32,000 nt of DNA from Pyrodictium abyssi (lineage in GTDB: Archaea > Thermoproteota > Thermoprotei_A > Sulfolobales > Pyrodictiaceae). A program made the translations under genes and the position numbers. Positions 18,091-28,600 of this stretch are shown piece by piece. The first letter of the stretch is position 1. Each line of letters begins with the position of its first letter. The notes beneath the pieces were generated by a model, which saw nothing but the letters and a program-made list of their open reading frames with translations, did no database searches and had not been told where the DNA came from. The stretch lies in assembly GCF_036323395.1 (NCBI RefSeq), contig NZ_AP028907.1, positions 1,260,001 to 1,292,000 on the forward strand, read 5' to 3'.

Positions 18091-18771
18091 ATGGAATATG
18101 GCGTGTTAGCCAGCACTGGGCGTGGCAGAGCCTTGACGCCATACCCGTCTAGCGATGGGCTTCTTGAGGCGCTGAGGAGCACCGTCGAGCTCCGGTTCCA
18201 TGGCCGTGGAGGCCAGGGTGCTGTCACCGCTGCTACCCTCCTAGTCCGCGCGGCACTACTAGAGGGCAAGTGGGGCCAAGCTATCCCCAGCTTCGGCGCC
18301 GAGAGGCGTGGCGCTCACGTGCTCGCCTTCGCCCGTGTGGCTGAGAAGCCCGTGCCCCTCCACAGCATGGTAAGGAGGCCCGACGTCGTGGTGGTCCTGG
18401 ACCCGTCGCTTATACGCGTTGAGAAGAGGAAGGTGCTCCACGGCGTCAAGCCTGGCGCAAAGATAGTGGCTAACATCCCGGAGCCCGTGGACCTCGAGGG
18501 CTCGGACGCCCGGCTCTACTGGGTTAACGCCACGCGTATCGCGCAGGATCTCGGCCTCGTCGTGGCGGGCTGGCCGGTGGTCAACACCGCGATGCTTGGC
18601 GCGCTAGCCCGGGCCACCGGCCTAGTCTCGATAGACTCGGTGGTGGAGGCCATCATGGAGTACTGGAGCGGCAGGCCCCGGGTCGCAGAGCTGAATGCTG
18701 AGGCTGCGCGCCGCGCCTACGCCGAGACCCGGGAGGCCATAGCCAGGCCGGCTGAGGTGGCCCAGCCGTGA
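18091..18771 (+). CDS. porG: 2-oxoacid (pyruvate) ferredoxin oxidoreductase, gamma subunit
   Basis: VELRFHGRGGQGAVTAATLLVRAALLEGKWGQAIPSFGAERRGAHVLAFARV. The start may lie downstream of 18091. Confidence 0.9.
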   Translation: MEYGVLASTGRGRALTPYPSSDGLLEALRSTVELRFHGRGGQGAVTAATLLVRAALLEGKWGQAIPSFGAERRGAHVLAFARVAEKPVPLHSMVRRPDVVVVLDPSLIRVEKRKVLHGVKPGAKIVANIPEPVDLEGSDARLYWVNATRIAQDLGLVVAGWPVVNTAMLGALARATGLVSIDSVVEAIMEYWSGRPRVAELNAEAARRAYAETREAIARPAEVAQP

Positions 18772-19106
18772 CCGGGCAGGGCAGACCGGGGCTCGTAGCT
18801 GTAGCCGACCCTGCTGGGCACGTGCTGCCGTTGTCGCTCGCCGACAAGGGCTCTGCTGGGCGCACAGGGTTCTGGCGTACCCAGCGGCCGGTGCTCAACC
18901 CGGACAAGTGTACTGGCTGCTTCATGTGCTGGCTGTACTGCCCAGAGGACGTCATAGACATGAAGGAGGGAGCGGGGCCGCGGGGCCAGGCGATACCGGT
19001 GATCGACTATGAGTACTGTAAGGGCTGCGGCGTCTGCGCGGTAGCGTGCCCCACCAGGGCCCTCGAAATGGTTGACGAGGAGAAGTTCATGCACGAGGAG
19101 GGGTGA
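18768..19106 (+). CDS. porD: 2-oxoacid (pyruvate) ferredoxin oxidoreductase, delta subunit (2x[4Fe-4S] ferredoxin)
   Basis: CTGCFMCWLYCPEDVIDM and CKGCGVCAVACPTRALEM. 4-bp overlap with the gamma subunit gene. Confidence 0.92.
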   Translation: MTGQGRPGLVAVADPAGHVLPLSLADKGSAGRTGFWRTQRPVLNPDKCTGCFMCWLYCPEDVIDMKEGAGPRGQAIPVIDYEYCKGCGVCAVACPTRALEMVDEEKFMHEEG

Positions 19107-19113
19107 ACCGGGA

Positions 19114-20349
19114 GTGCCCGTGCTCACCAGTATGAGGGGCAACGACGCGATAGCTTATGCTGTTAAGCTAGCCCGTGTAGAGGTAGTAGCAGCGTACCCG
19201 ATAACGCCCCAGACCATCGTGGTCGAAAAGATCGACGAGCTCATCGCCCGCGGCGAGATGGACGCAGACATGATACACGTGGAGAGCGAGCACAGCGCAC
19301 TAGCAGCAGCCTACGGCGCTGCCGCTGGCGGGGCGCGCGCCTTCACAGCTACTAGTAGCCACGGGCTCGCCTACATGTACGAGATGCTCTGGTGGACAGC
19401 AGCCAGCAGGATACCACTAGTCATGGCTATAATCACGAGGGCCCTGGGCCCACCATGGAACATCCACGTAGAGCACGCAGACATAATGAGCACCCGCGAC
19501 ACGGGATGGCTAATAGCCATGGCCGAGAACAACCAGGAAGCACTAGACCTAGCACTGATGATGTTCCGTGTGACCGAGGACCCACGGGTCTATCTACCCG
19601 GTATAGTCGGGCTCGACGGCTTCATCCTCAGCCACACAGTGGAGCCCCTCGAGCTGCCCGACCAGGAGACCGTGGACGAGTTCCTGCCCCCACGGCGCCA
19701 GCCCTATGTCATGGAGCCGGGCGAGCCGAAGGCTATGGGCAACCTGGTGCCCGACGAGTACTTCGAGGAGCTACGGATGGACATGCACCAGAGCCTATCG
19801 AGGGCACGGCAGGTCATCATGGAGGCTGGCCGGGACTATGGGAAGCTCACTGGGAGGAGCTACGAGAGCCTCGTGGAGTGCTACCGGTGCAGCGACGCTG
19901 ACGTAGTGATAGCCGGTATTGGGTCCTGGATGGGCGACGCGAAGATCGCGGCCGACGTGCTCCGCGAGAAGGGGATACGGGCCGGGGTCCTACGCCTACG
20001 GTGGGTGAGGCCGTTCCCCTGGGAGGAGGTAAGGGAGTCCGCCATCGGCAAGAAGCTTGTCGTGGTGCTAGACCGTAGCGTCTCCTTCGGCCACGCTGGC
20101 CCGCTGTTCCTGGAGATAAGCAGCGCCCTTGAGGCAAGGCCCAGTATGGTGGGCGTCCTAGCGGGCGTGGGCGGCGTTGACATATCCTACGAGGACATAG
20201 CAAGGATAGTGGAGCACGTCTACAGCATGGCCGAGGAGAGGGGCCGAGTCTACATACCGGCCTACTGGTATCACCTCGGCAAGTTCCACCCAATGCCCCC
20301 TTACGAGCCCGCGTTTCTGGTCCCCCAGGAGCTGCCCAAGGGTGAGTAA
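19114..20349 (+). CDS. porA: 2-oxoacid (pyruvate) ferredoxin oxidoreductase, alpha subunit
   Basis: MRGNDAIAYAVKLARVEVVAAYPITPQTIVVEKIDEL...ESEHSALAAAYGAAAGGARAFTATSSHGLAYM. ORF 19072..20349; likely GTG start at 19114 after a GAGGAGG-like RBS. Confidence 0.92.
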   Translation: MPVLTSMRGNDAIAYAVKLARVEVVAAYPITPQTIVVEKIDELIARGEMDADMIHVESEHSALAAAYGAAAGGARAFTATSSHGLAYMYEMLWWTAASRIPLVMAIITRALGPPWNIHVEHADIMSTRDTGWLIAMAENNQEALDLALMMFRVTEDPRVYLPGIVGLDGFILSHTVEPLELPDQETVDEFLPPRRQPYVMEPGEPKAMGNLVPDEYFEELRMDMHQSLSRARQVIMEAGRDYGKLTGRSYESLVECYRCSDADVVIAGIGSWMGDAKIAADVLREKGIRAGVLRLRWVRPFPWEEVRESAIGKKLVVVLDRSVSFGHAGPLFLEISSALEARPSMVGVLAGVGGVDISYEDIARIVEHVYSMAEERGRVYIPAYWYHLGKFHPMPPYEPAFLVPQELPKGE

Positions 20350-20352
20350 GCC

Positions 20353-21276
20353 GTGGCCGTGAACATACGCAAGCTCCCGCGCAAGAAGTACGTTATGCCG
20401 GGCAACGCGGCCTGCCCCGGCTGCCCGGAGACCATGGGGTTCCGCTACCTGGGCATGGCGCTCGGCGAGAAGGCCGTGGTAGTAATACCCGCCGGCTGTA
20501 GCTCCGTGATACAGGGGCTGTGGCCCCGCCAGGGCTGGGGGCTCCCAGTACTCAACATAGTGTTCGCTGCTGGCGCCGCCGCTGCTAGCGGGCTAGCCCG
20601 CGCACTGCGCCGCCGCGGCGTAGACGCCCAGGTCGTGGTCTGGGCTGGCGACGGCGGCACAGCCGACATAGGCCTCCAGGCTCTCAGCGCCGCCGCTGAG
20701 CGCGGCGAGGACATCATATACATCTGCGTTGACAACGAGGCCTACATGAACACTGGTATCCAGAGGAGCGGCCTCACCCCCTACGGGGCCTGGACCACGA
20801 CAACCCACCGGGGCAAGAGCGAGTTCAAGAAACCGCTCCCACAGATAGTCGCAGCTCATCGCGTCCCGTACGTAGCGACCGCGAGCGTCGGTTACCCCTG
20901 GGACTTCATAGCCAAGCTCCGCAAGGCCGCGAGCATCCGGGGCTTCAAGTACATACACCTCCACGCGCCCTGCCCAGTGGGCTGGAGGTTCGACCCAGGC
21001 CTAACAGCGAAGATAGCACAGCTCGCCGTAGAGACCGGGATGTGGATACTATACGAGTACGAGAACGGGCGGCTGCGGCTGAACCCGCCGAGCAATAGGC
21101 TAGTAGACCCCTCCAAGAGGAAGCCCATAGAGGAGTACATCAAGCTACAGGGCAGGTTCCGCCACCTGAAGCCAGAGGACATCGAGAAGCTGCGCCAGGA
21201 GGTTGAGATGAACTGGCGCGAGATAACGGCTATGCTGAAGCTACAGGAGGAGCTCGAAAGGCAGGAGAAGGCCTAG
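20353..21276 (+). CDS. porB: 2-oxoacid (pyruvate) ferredoxin oxidoreductase, beta subunit (TPP-binding)
   Basis: AACPGCPETMGFRYLGMALG, WAGDGGTADIGLQALSAAAERGEDIIYICVDNEAYMNTGIQRSGLTPYGAWTTTT (TPP-binding GDG and POR beta motifs). Confidence 0.93.
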   Translation: MAVNIRKLPRKKYVMPGNAACPGCPETMGFRYLGMALGEKAVVVIPAGCSSVIQGLWPRQGWGLPVLNIVFAAGAAAASGLARALRRRGVDAQVVVWAGDGGTADIGLQALSAAAERGEDIIYICVDNEAYMNTGIQRSGLTPYGAWTTTTHRGKSEFKKPLPQIVAAHRVPYVATASVGYPWDFIAKLRKAASIRGFKYIHLHAPCPVGWRFDPGLTAKIAQLAVETGMWILYEYENGRLRLNPPSNRLVDPSKRKPIEEYIKLQGRFRHLKPEDIEKLRQEVEMNWREITAMLKLQEELERQEKA

Positions 21277-21333
21277 ACCCCTGCTCTTTTAGCTCAGCAG
21301 CCAGGGGGCTCCATCCCCCCGGGGGCCGGCGCT

Positions 21334-22077
21334 CTACTCGTGGCCCCACTTTATCGCCCTCGACGCTAGCGCGAGGGCCGCTACGTTCCACGCGGCAAGG
21401 ACCAGGGCTGGCAGCTGCGGCTGGTAGACGGCGTAGTAGCCTGCGAGCCCCCGTGCCAGCTCTGCCGCTGCTGCTGTAGGCGCTAAGAGTGCTACTGGCT
21501 GGAGCGGTGCTGGTAGCGCCGCGAGAGGGTAGAATACTGGCGGCAGCATTATGAGGATCATTGATATCGGGTTTGTTATAGCCGATATGTTGGTGTGCTT
21601 CCGTATCCTCATTGCTAGGGCTAGGCCTAGGAACACCGAGCACGGTAGCAGGAGGAGCCCCGCGGCCACGGCTGCTGGTATGAGGCCTAGCGCGTCTAGG
21701 GCGGCTGCTATCAGCGAGAGGACCGCTATGCTTATCGGCATGTGTACCGCGAAGTGGCTGGCCAGGAGGCCGAGCAGGTAGACACGGGGCGTCACAGGGG
21801 ACGCTATGTACATCTGGAGTTTGCCGTAGACGCGCGCCCACGCTATGTCCTGCCCTACGAGGTTTATGCCAGTGGACCAGGAGCCCGCGACTATCCATGC
21901 TATTATTATGCTCTTTACAGCCTCGGCGCCTCCCCAGGCCCAGAGTATGAGCGCGAATGATAACGCCATGAACGCGTCCTGTATCAGCCAGCCAGGCTGC
22001 CTTATCACCCACCTGCTTTCGAGCACCGCTATGCCCAACACGCTCCTAAGCGCTCCAAGCCAGCCGTGCGTGCCCAC
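21334..22077 (-). CDS. ABC-2 type transporter permease
   Basis: 247 aa polytopic protein (WVIRQPGWLIQDAFMALSFALILWAWG..., PPVFYPLAALPAPLQPVALLAPTAAAAELARG). Directly coupled to an upstream ABC ATPase. Confidence 0.85.
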   Translation of the reverse strand: MGTHGWLGALRSVLGIAVLESRWVIRQPGWLIQDAFMALSFALILWAWGGAEAVKSIIIAWIVAGSWSTGINLVGQDIAWARVYGKLQMYIASPVTPRVYLLGLLASHFAVHMPISIAVLSLIAAALDALGLIPAAVAAGLLLLPCSVFLGLALAMRIRKHTNISAITNPISMILIMLPPVFYPLAALPAPLQPVALLAPTAAAAELARGLAGYYAVYQPQLPALVLAAWNVAALALASRAIKWGHE

Positions 22078-23023
22078 TAGCCCTCCACCTCCTCCCTCTG
22101 CGCCTCGTGCACGTAGTAGAGGTAGACATCCTCGAACCCCACGGGCTCCACGGTAGCCGACTCCGCCTCGGCATCTTCTGCTACTGCGTGGGCCTCACTG
22201 CGGGACCGGGTATACGCTATCACCGTGTCACCTAGGCGTATGGTCTTGGCGGCTACTGGGCTGCGGCGGGGCCGGCGGAGTACGACCCGGTAGCGGTAGG
22301 GTAGCGCCTCCCGGAGCCTCTCAGGGCTCCCCTCTGCCACCACCCTGCCTCTCGATATGAAGACGGCGTGATCTGCCAGCATCTCCGCCTCTCTCATGTC
22401 GTGGGTGGTGAACACTATGCAACGGCCCTCGGCTGCTGCGCTCCGGACGGCGTCCCATACGCTGTAGCGGCTCTCCACGTCTAGCCCCGTGGTGGGCTCG
22501 TCGAGGAAGACCACCTCGGCCTCCGTAGCCAGGGCCATGGCGGTCACTGTCTTCCTCTTCTGGCCGCCGCTGAGTCCCCAGCCACTACGGCTGCGTATCT
22601 CCCAGAGCCCTAGCTGCTCGAGCAGCTCGCTGCCGCCCGGGGGCTCCAGCCCCGGGCTACGAGGTACCACTTCACGGCCTCCAACGGCGTCCAGTTGAGG
22701 TCTATACGGGCCTCCTGCGGCACCAGGGCCACGCGGCGCCGGACCTCCCGGGCCTCCATGACCACGTCGAACCCGGCCACTAGTGCGCGGCCGCGGCTCG
22801 GCATGAGCACTGTGGAGAGCATGCCTATGGTAGTGGTCTTCCCGGCTCCGTTTGGCCCGAGGAGCACCGTTACCCTGCCCCAGGGCGAGGAGAAGCTCAC
22901 GTCCACAGCGCCCCAGACGCCCCCTGGGTACCTCTTAGCTAGGCCCTCCGCCACCACCGCGTCGCCGCCCGGCACGGCCCCGGCACCCGGCCCCGTGGGG
23001 GAGTACCCCCTCAGTCCTTCCAT
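22077..23023 (-). pseudogene. ABC transporter ATP-binding protein, split by a frame change at the G5 run 22639..22643
   Basis: Walker A LLGPNGAGKTTTIGML and Q-loop VALVPQEARIDLNW are in ORF 22610..23074. The signature LSGGQKRK and Walker B VVFLDEPTTGLD are in ORF 22077..22670, another frame. The region 22077..23074 is 3n+2 nt. Confidence 0.85.
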
Positions 23024-23185
23024 ATAAGCTGGGTGTGGATAACGCTCGGCACGAGAATGTGGAGCAGGCTCCACACATCACCGTGGACTCGCCCTACACG
23101 GCTGCTGCATGGTCTCTCAGCGGGCTCATAGCCGTCATTAAGCCCTATTACCCGGTATAGGGGCTCTATGCACTAGGGCGCCTAG

Positions 23186-23428
23186 ATGCCTAGACGTACA
23201 ACAGTTATCCTTGAGGACGATGTCTACGAGAAGCTTGTAGAAGAGAGCGTAAAGAGGTACGGGACAGCAAGAGCCATATCTAGGGTGCTCAACGAGCTAC
23301 TGCGTGAAGCCTTCAGAGCTAGAAAAGAGCTCCTCGAGCTAATCTACTCGGAGAAGCTGGTCTACATAGACGAGGAAGAGTTCGAGGAGACACGAAGAGA
23401 GCTTAGCGAGAGGCTGGCAACGAGATGA
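23186..23428 (+). CDS. VapB-type (ribbon-helix-helix-like) antitoxin
   Basis: MPRRTTVILEDDVYEKLVEESVKRYGTARAISRVLNELLREA. ATGA overlap with the PIN gene. Confidence 0.82.
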   Translation: MPRRTTVILEDDVYEKLVEESVKRYGTARAISRVLNELLREAFRARKELLELIYSEKLVYIDEEEFEETRRELSERLATR

Positions 23429-23853
23429 TAATCGACACTACCTATATTCTTCCGCTAGCCGGTATAGGCGTTAAGGCTGATCTCCTCCGGGCTGCTGCCG
23501 AGGGATCAGCGCGAGTGAGCCTCGATGAGCTAAAGCTCAGCATGATATCGCTGTTCGAGCTACAGGCTAAGGCAGCCAAGCTCGGGATACCGCCGGAGAG
23601 GGTCACGCGGGCAGTACGGGTCATACTGAGGAGCTTCGAGGTCGTACCCTTCTACCGCGGAGACGTCATAGAGCATGCTCACATCCTCAGAAGCTTGCTA
23701 AGAGACTACATAGACTGTGTGGTGGTCGCGACCGCGGCGGCGCTCGGCGAAGACCTGGTAACAGAGGATAGGGATATACATGCCGCGAAGAAGGATATCG
23801 AGAGCCGTTACGGCATAGACGTGCTCAGCTACCGGGACCTCGTGCCTGGCTAG
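23425..23853 (+). CDS. VapC-type PIN-domain toxin, intact
   Basis: MIIDTTYILPLAGIGV..., ISLFELQAKAAKLG, RDYIDCVVVATAAALGEDLVTEDRDI (PIN acidic residues in one frame). Confidence 0.85.
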   Translation: MIIDTTYILPLAGIGVKADLLRAAAEGSARVSLDELKLSMISLFELQAKAAKLGIPPERVTRAVRVILRSFEVVPFYRGDVIEHAHILRSLLRDYIDCVVVATAAALGEDLVTEDRDIHAAKKDIESRYGIDVLSYRDLVPG

Positions 23854-23965
23854 GCCCTACCGGAAGGGGGCAGCATTGCTCAACCCTTATCGGCCCCGGT
23901 GCGCACACCCTCAGTGTCCAGGGGCTGCTGCCAGTACGCCCAGGGACGACGGGGGCTGGTGAACC

Positions 23966-24304
23966 ATGGAGGGCGGGATGGTCCGCGCGTATCTCCGCAT
24001 CTATGGGCTTGTCCAGGGTGTGTTCTTCCGGGCTACTATGAGGGACGTGGCGCGCCGGCTCGGGGTTACGGGCTGGGTGCGTAACATGCCGGACGGCAGC
24101 GTTGAGGCCGTAGTGGAGGGGCCTCGGGAGGCTGTGGAGGAGGTGATACGCTGGGCTCACCGCGGGCCGCCGGCTGCCCGTGTGGAGCGTGTCGAGGTCG
24201 TGTGGGAGCCCTATAGGGGCGAGTACAGGGACTTCACTATACGCTATGACCTGGAGCCCTACACGCCAAGGCCCATAAAGCAGGGCGGAGAGGGCCAGGG
24301 CTAG
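23966..24304 (+). CDS. acyP: Acylphosphatase
   Basis: [69 protein letters not shown]. Confidence 0.95.
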   Translation: MEGGMVRAYLRIYGLVQGVFFRATMRDVARRLGVTGWVRNMPDGSVEAVVEGPREAVEEVIRWAHRGPPAARVERVEVVWEPYRGEYRDFTIRYDLEPYTPRPIKQGGEGQG

Positions 24305-25404
24305 TGCCCCCGGCCAGCTGCTGCTACGACCGTCTCAACGATCTCTTCTACGTCGCTTGGTGTGTGGCACCACTTCGCCACGTACCTCAGCACGCCGTGC
24401 AGCCGGGACGGGTAGAGCACCCAGCCCCGCCTCCTCAGCGCCTCAGCCACGCTGCCTGCTTTACGCCCCACGTTGAAGGCTACTAGGGGTGTCCAGGGCC
24501 CGCTATGCACCGGGACCCCGGCTGTACGCAGGGCCTCTGCCATGCGTGTTGCTAGCCCGTAGAGGTGCTGGGCCAGCCTCTCTAGGCCGTCCTGGCCGAG
24601 CGCTTCTAGCGCAGCTACGGCGGCTGCGAGCCCGGCTGCTGTGCGCGTCCAGGGCAGGCCCCTCTGCCGGCCGGAGGGCATGTAGGGCGCCCTGTGCTCC
24701 ACAATGCCGAGGAGCTCTGGCGTGTTCGCGAGGAGGACGCCGCTAGGGGGCGGCGCTACGTGCTTGTGGAAGTCTATCCCCGCGAGAGCGGGGCCGCCGC
24801 GCGGCAGTATGGTGCTCCGGGCTGCTGGGCGGCCTAGGAGGGGGAGTCCGCCCCACGCCGCGTCCACGTATAATACTGCACCGTTCTCCCACGCTACCTC
24901 CGCCGCCTCTAGGACAGGGTCTAGAGCCCCGTTGTCGGTGACCCCTAGCGTCGCGACCACTGCTGCCACACGGCCACTGTTGGCGCGGAGGATTCTGCGG
25001 AGCTGGTCCACGTCAAGGCGGAGATCATAGTCCACGGGGGCCTCTATGAGCCGCATGCCCAATATCCTGGCGTCCTTCGCTATACTCGCATGCGCCGCTG
25101 AGCTGGCTACGACCGTGTCCCGGCCCGTAGCCTCCCTGGCTATGAAGAGCCCCGTTAGCGCTGACTCGCTGCCACCGCTCGTGGGCAACATGTCTAGCCC
25201 GGGGCCGAGCACCCCTTCTAGGAGCCGCCGCAGCCGCTCCACGAGAGCCTCGACACTACGCCATGTAGCTGGGTCATTGAGGTTGGCCCTGGCGTATAGC
25301 GTGTAGGCCTGGAGCGCTACGGGTAGAGGCTCAGCGGTCATCCCACCGGCTACACGGCAGGGCGGCGGGTCCCCGGCCCTTAGCCTCCTGAGCTCATCGA
25401 TCAC
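24301..25404 (-). CDS. PLP-dependent decarboxylase (MfnA / group II decarboxylase-like)
   Basis: [55 protein letters not shown] and [17 protein letters not shown] (PLP lysine). ORF runs to 25611; start uncertain. Confidence 0.85.
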   Translation of the reverse strand: MIDELRRLRAGDPPPCRVAGGMTAEPLPVALQAYTLYARANLNDPATWRSVEALVERLRRLLEGVLGPGLDMLPTSGGSESALTGLFIAREATGRDTVVASSAAHASIAKDARILGMRLIEAPVDYDLRLDVDQLRRILRANSGRVAAVVATLGVTDNGALDPVLEAAEVAWENGAVLYVDAAWGGLPLLGRPAARSTILPRGGPALAGIDFHKHVAPPPSGVLLANTPELLGIVEHRAPYMPSGRQRGLPWTRTAAGLAAAVAALEALGQDGLERLAQHLYGLATRMAEALRTAGVPVHSGPWTPLVAFNVGRKAGSVAEALRRRGWVLYPSRLHGVLRYVAKWCHTPSDVEEIVETVVAAAGRGH

Positions 25405-25616
25405 CTTCTCCGCCTTCCCGTTGCCGAGCAGCCAGCTGGCTTCGCTGGGCAAGACGGATTGTGCCTCCGAAGACCCGGCTGTGCTACGCTTGCCCGGCGT
25501 GGATGGCCGTGCATCGCCCCCAGGGGGTGCTACCCGGGTAGTACGAGCCCGGGGACCCGGCTCGGCGGGTGTGGCTGTATGAGTGTTACCGTGCCTCCTA
25601 CTAGGGGGCACCCGCT

Positions 25617-28600
25617 ATGCCGCCAGAGACTGGGCAGGCAAGGCCGCGGTGTGGGCCGCCGCCAAGCCGTCTCCCGAGCCTGACTGGTACTGATGCCCGG
25701 CTCCTGGACGAGTATCTGCCGCCGCTGCCTAGCAGGCAGAGGGTCTACCAGCAGGTCGTCGAGGCCCTTAACGAGATGGAGAAGAGCCAGGACCCGGTGC
25801 TGGTCCTCCTCGTGGCCGAGTGGGGCGAGGGGAAGACGAGCATCTACAACGCCCGTGTGAAGCCCTGGCTGGAGGAGAGGGGCTGGAGGAGCCTAGAGGC
25901 CCGCGCCGCCACGGTGATGGCGCATCTAGCCTCGCTCCGGGGCCGCAGCGAGCGCGACCCAGCCTACCGGCTCATGGCCGCGCTGCTCGCGGCCGGGCTC
26001 GAGCAGGAGGGCCTGCTGGCCAGGCACGGGGCCCCCGACGCCGCGGGGAGCCTCCGCGAGTACGTGGAGCGTGTCCTCCGCAGCCTCGTCCCCCAGGGCG
26101 GCAGGCTAGTGGTCTTCATCGACGAGCTGGAGGACCTCGTGGCCTCGGCGCGGGAGGAGGAGCTAGCGGAGCTCGTCGCCGGGCTCGTCGGGATACTCAA
26201 CGGCGACGTCGAGGCCGTCTCCGCCCAGTGCCGCGGAGAGGGCTGCATGCCAGGCTCCTTCCACATTGTGGCTAGCCTCACGCCGCCAGCCTACAGCAGG
26301 CTCATGGGCCTCCGCGACTTCGCCACCGTGGCGGCGAGGCTTCGGAGGAGGATACGCAGCATCTGGATACAGCCGCTGCCACGCCGCGAGGCCTTCGCGT
26401 TCCTCGAGAGCCTTGCCCGCTACACGCTGGGCCGCGGGCTAGACGCGCTCCTCGAGGACCACAGCCTCGCCCACGCCGTCGTCTCCGGCACCCTGGGGAA
26501 CATGGGGGCGCTCGTCTCGGCGTTCCGGTACCTCGTCTCCTGGGCCCGTGGCCGCGGCGGCTGCGGCGACGGGGTAGCAGTGCTCTCGACCAGCGAGGTC
26601 CTCGAGGCGCTTCAGGGGCTCACGCTGAGCGTCGGGGGCGCCGAGCTACCCGCCCTCAACAGCGAGGCCTACGCGCGGCTAGCTGAGGGCTGGGAGGCGC
26701 GCGCCAAGCTAGCCGGGTTCGACACTGCCGTCGCCCGGAGGCTGCTCGACGAGCTGGTCGCGCGGGGCACAGTCCCCGTCGAGGAGCTCGCCGTAGCCGT
26801 CGGGGCCCGGCCGGGCGTCGTAGCCGAGATGGTGCAGGAGCTCAACGTGTACGGCGAGCAGTCGTGGCCGCGCCGCGAGCTGGGAGTGCAGAGGCTCGTC
26901 CACGAGGTCGTGGAGGCCCCGGCTGTGGAGGACGCGTTCAAGCTGCTCCGGGCCGTGGAGCCCGAGGCTGTGAAGCTTCTCCCCCAGCTCGCTGGGCGGG
27001 AGGAGCAGAGGCCGCTAGAGCAGCTGCTCGACACCCTCGTCTACCTCGACTCGGCCGGCCGGCTCGTGGTAGCCGTCCCCGCAGACGAGCGCTCGGCGGC
27101 AGACCTGGTGGCCGACGCGTCCCCGCTGGAGCTGAGCCGCGCCGAGGCTGAGAGGCTCGCAGCGCTGCTCTGGGAGGCCATCTTCTCCAGGCTACTGGGC
27201 TCCGGCGGCGCACGGGCCTACATGCTCTCCCCGAGGCTGCAACGTCTACTCTACGTGAGCCCCGAGCTGAGCTACCTGGACTTCATAGCCGACCGTGTCG
27301 AGAGGCTGCAGGTTATACGCCGCGTCTACACCGAGGCCAGCCGCGGCCACCTAGCCGCGGGGATCTCGGCGCTCCTCGCCGCCGAGGGGCTCCTCGCCGA
27401 GCCGCCAGCGCTGCAGGGCGAGGGCGTGGCCCGCGCAGAGCTGTCCCTCCAGGGCGGCGCCAGGGCCAGGGTGCTCGTCTACACCGTGCCGGGCGAGGTG
27501 ACGGCCGCGGAGGCCCGGCGGCTGGAGAGCCAGGTTATGGCTGCGCTTATGAGCGGGTGGAGGCCCCACGCTGTACTCCTCGTCCACCACGGCGGGGTCG
27601 AGCCCCAGGCGCAGCGGCTCCTAGACACGCTGGAGGGCAAGCTCTTCCTCAAGGTAGTAGACGCGCCGATAGAGTCTATGGTGTCCCGCGCCAGGCTCCA
27701 GGCCCTCGGCGTCAAGCTCGCCGACGAGGCCGGCGGCGTGGAGGAGGCCCTCCGCGCCGCGGTCGAGGTGGCGAGGAACCCGGCTACTGCCGAGGGCATG
27801 GGCTTCGACCCGCTGAGGCTCCACTCGCTGCTACGGGAGCTAGCCGAGGAGATACGGCCACGGGAGAGGCTCGAGAGGGCCCTCGAGGAGGGCGTGGACG
27901 GCGCGCCCCTGGTGATCCGGGACCCCAGGCTGGGCTACGACGTGGAGAGGCCTACCGAGCTCAGCGGCGCGCTCCGCTACTTCCTCGTAGTGCCCAGCAC
28001 CCGTGCCTCGGCCCGGGAGGCGCTCCACGCCGCCTACGAGTACGTGATGCGGTACCACCTCTACCGGGGCCCTGGCGGCGAGGGCCGGGGCCTGCTCAGC
28101 CCCGACATAGACCGGGGAGAGGCGCAGACCCTGGAGAAGTACATGCTGCTACTGGCGGCCAACGGGTTCCTCGACAAGACCAACGGCACAGTGAGGATAG
28201 ACACGCTGAGCCCGATGGAGCGCAGCGTGCTCCGCGCGCTAGAGCAGCTCGGCGCCCGTAGCCAGGAGGTCCCGGCCTCCAGGGTCTGGGAGCTGCTGGT
28301 CATGGAGGCCCGTAACCCGGGCACCCGGAGGATGCTGCTCCAGGCGCTCGTCCACCGCGGCCTCGTCTCCGCGGCCGCCTCGCGCAGGGTAGACCCCGAG
28401 CGCTCTAGGCTAAGGCTACGCGACGGCGAGGAGGCAGCGTGGCAGCTGATACGCGAGGCACGCAGCCTGCTCAGAGAGGTCGAGGAGGACCCTGAGGCCA
28501 GGGCGTGGGGCCTAGTAGTGTCGGCTAAGGCTCGTGACTACCGCGCCGGCAGCCTAGAGGAGTTCGCGCGCAAGATGAGCAGCCTCCTGGACACCGCCGA

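Noticed and set aside
19392-19901. 169-aa plus-strand ORF inside porA
   Set aside because: An alternate frame of a strongly recognised porA gene, with no domain signal.
27557-28261. 234-aa plus-strand ORF, Arg/Gly/Pro-rich
   Set aside because: Alternate-frame shadow of the 1479-aa ATPase gene.
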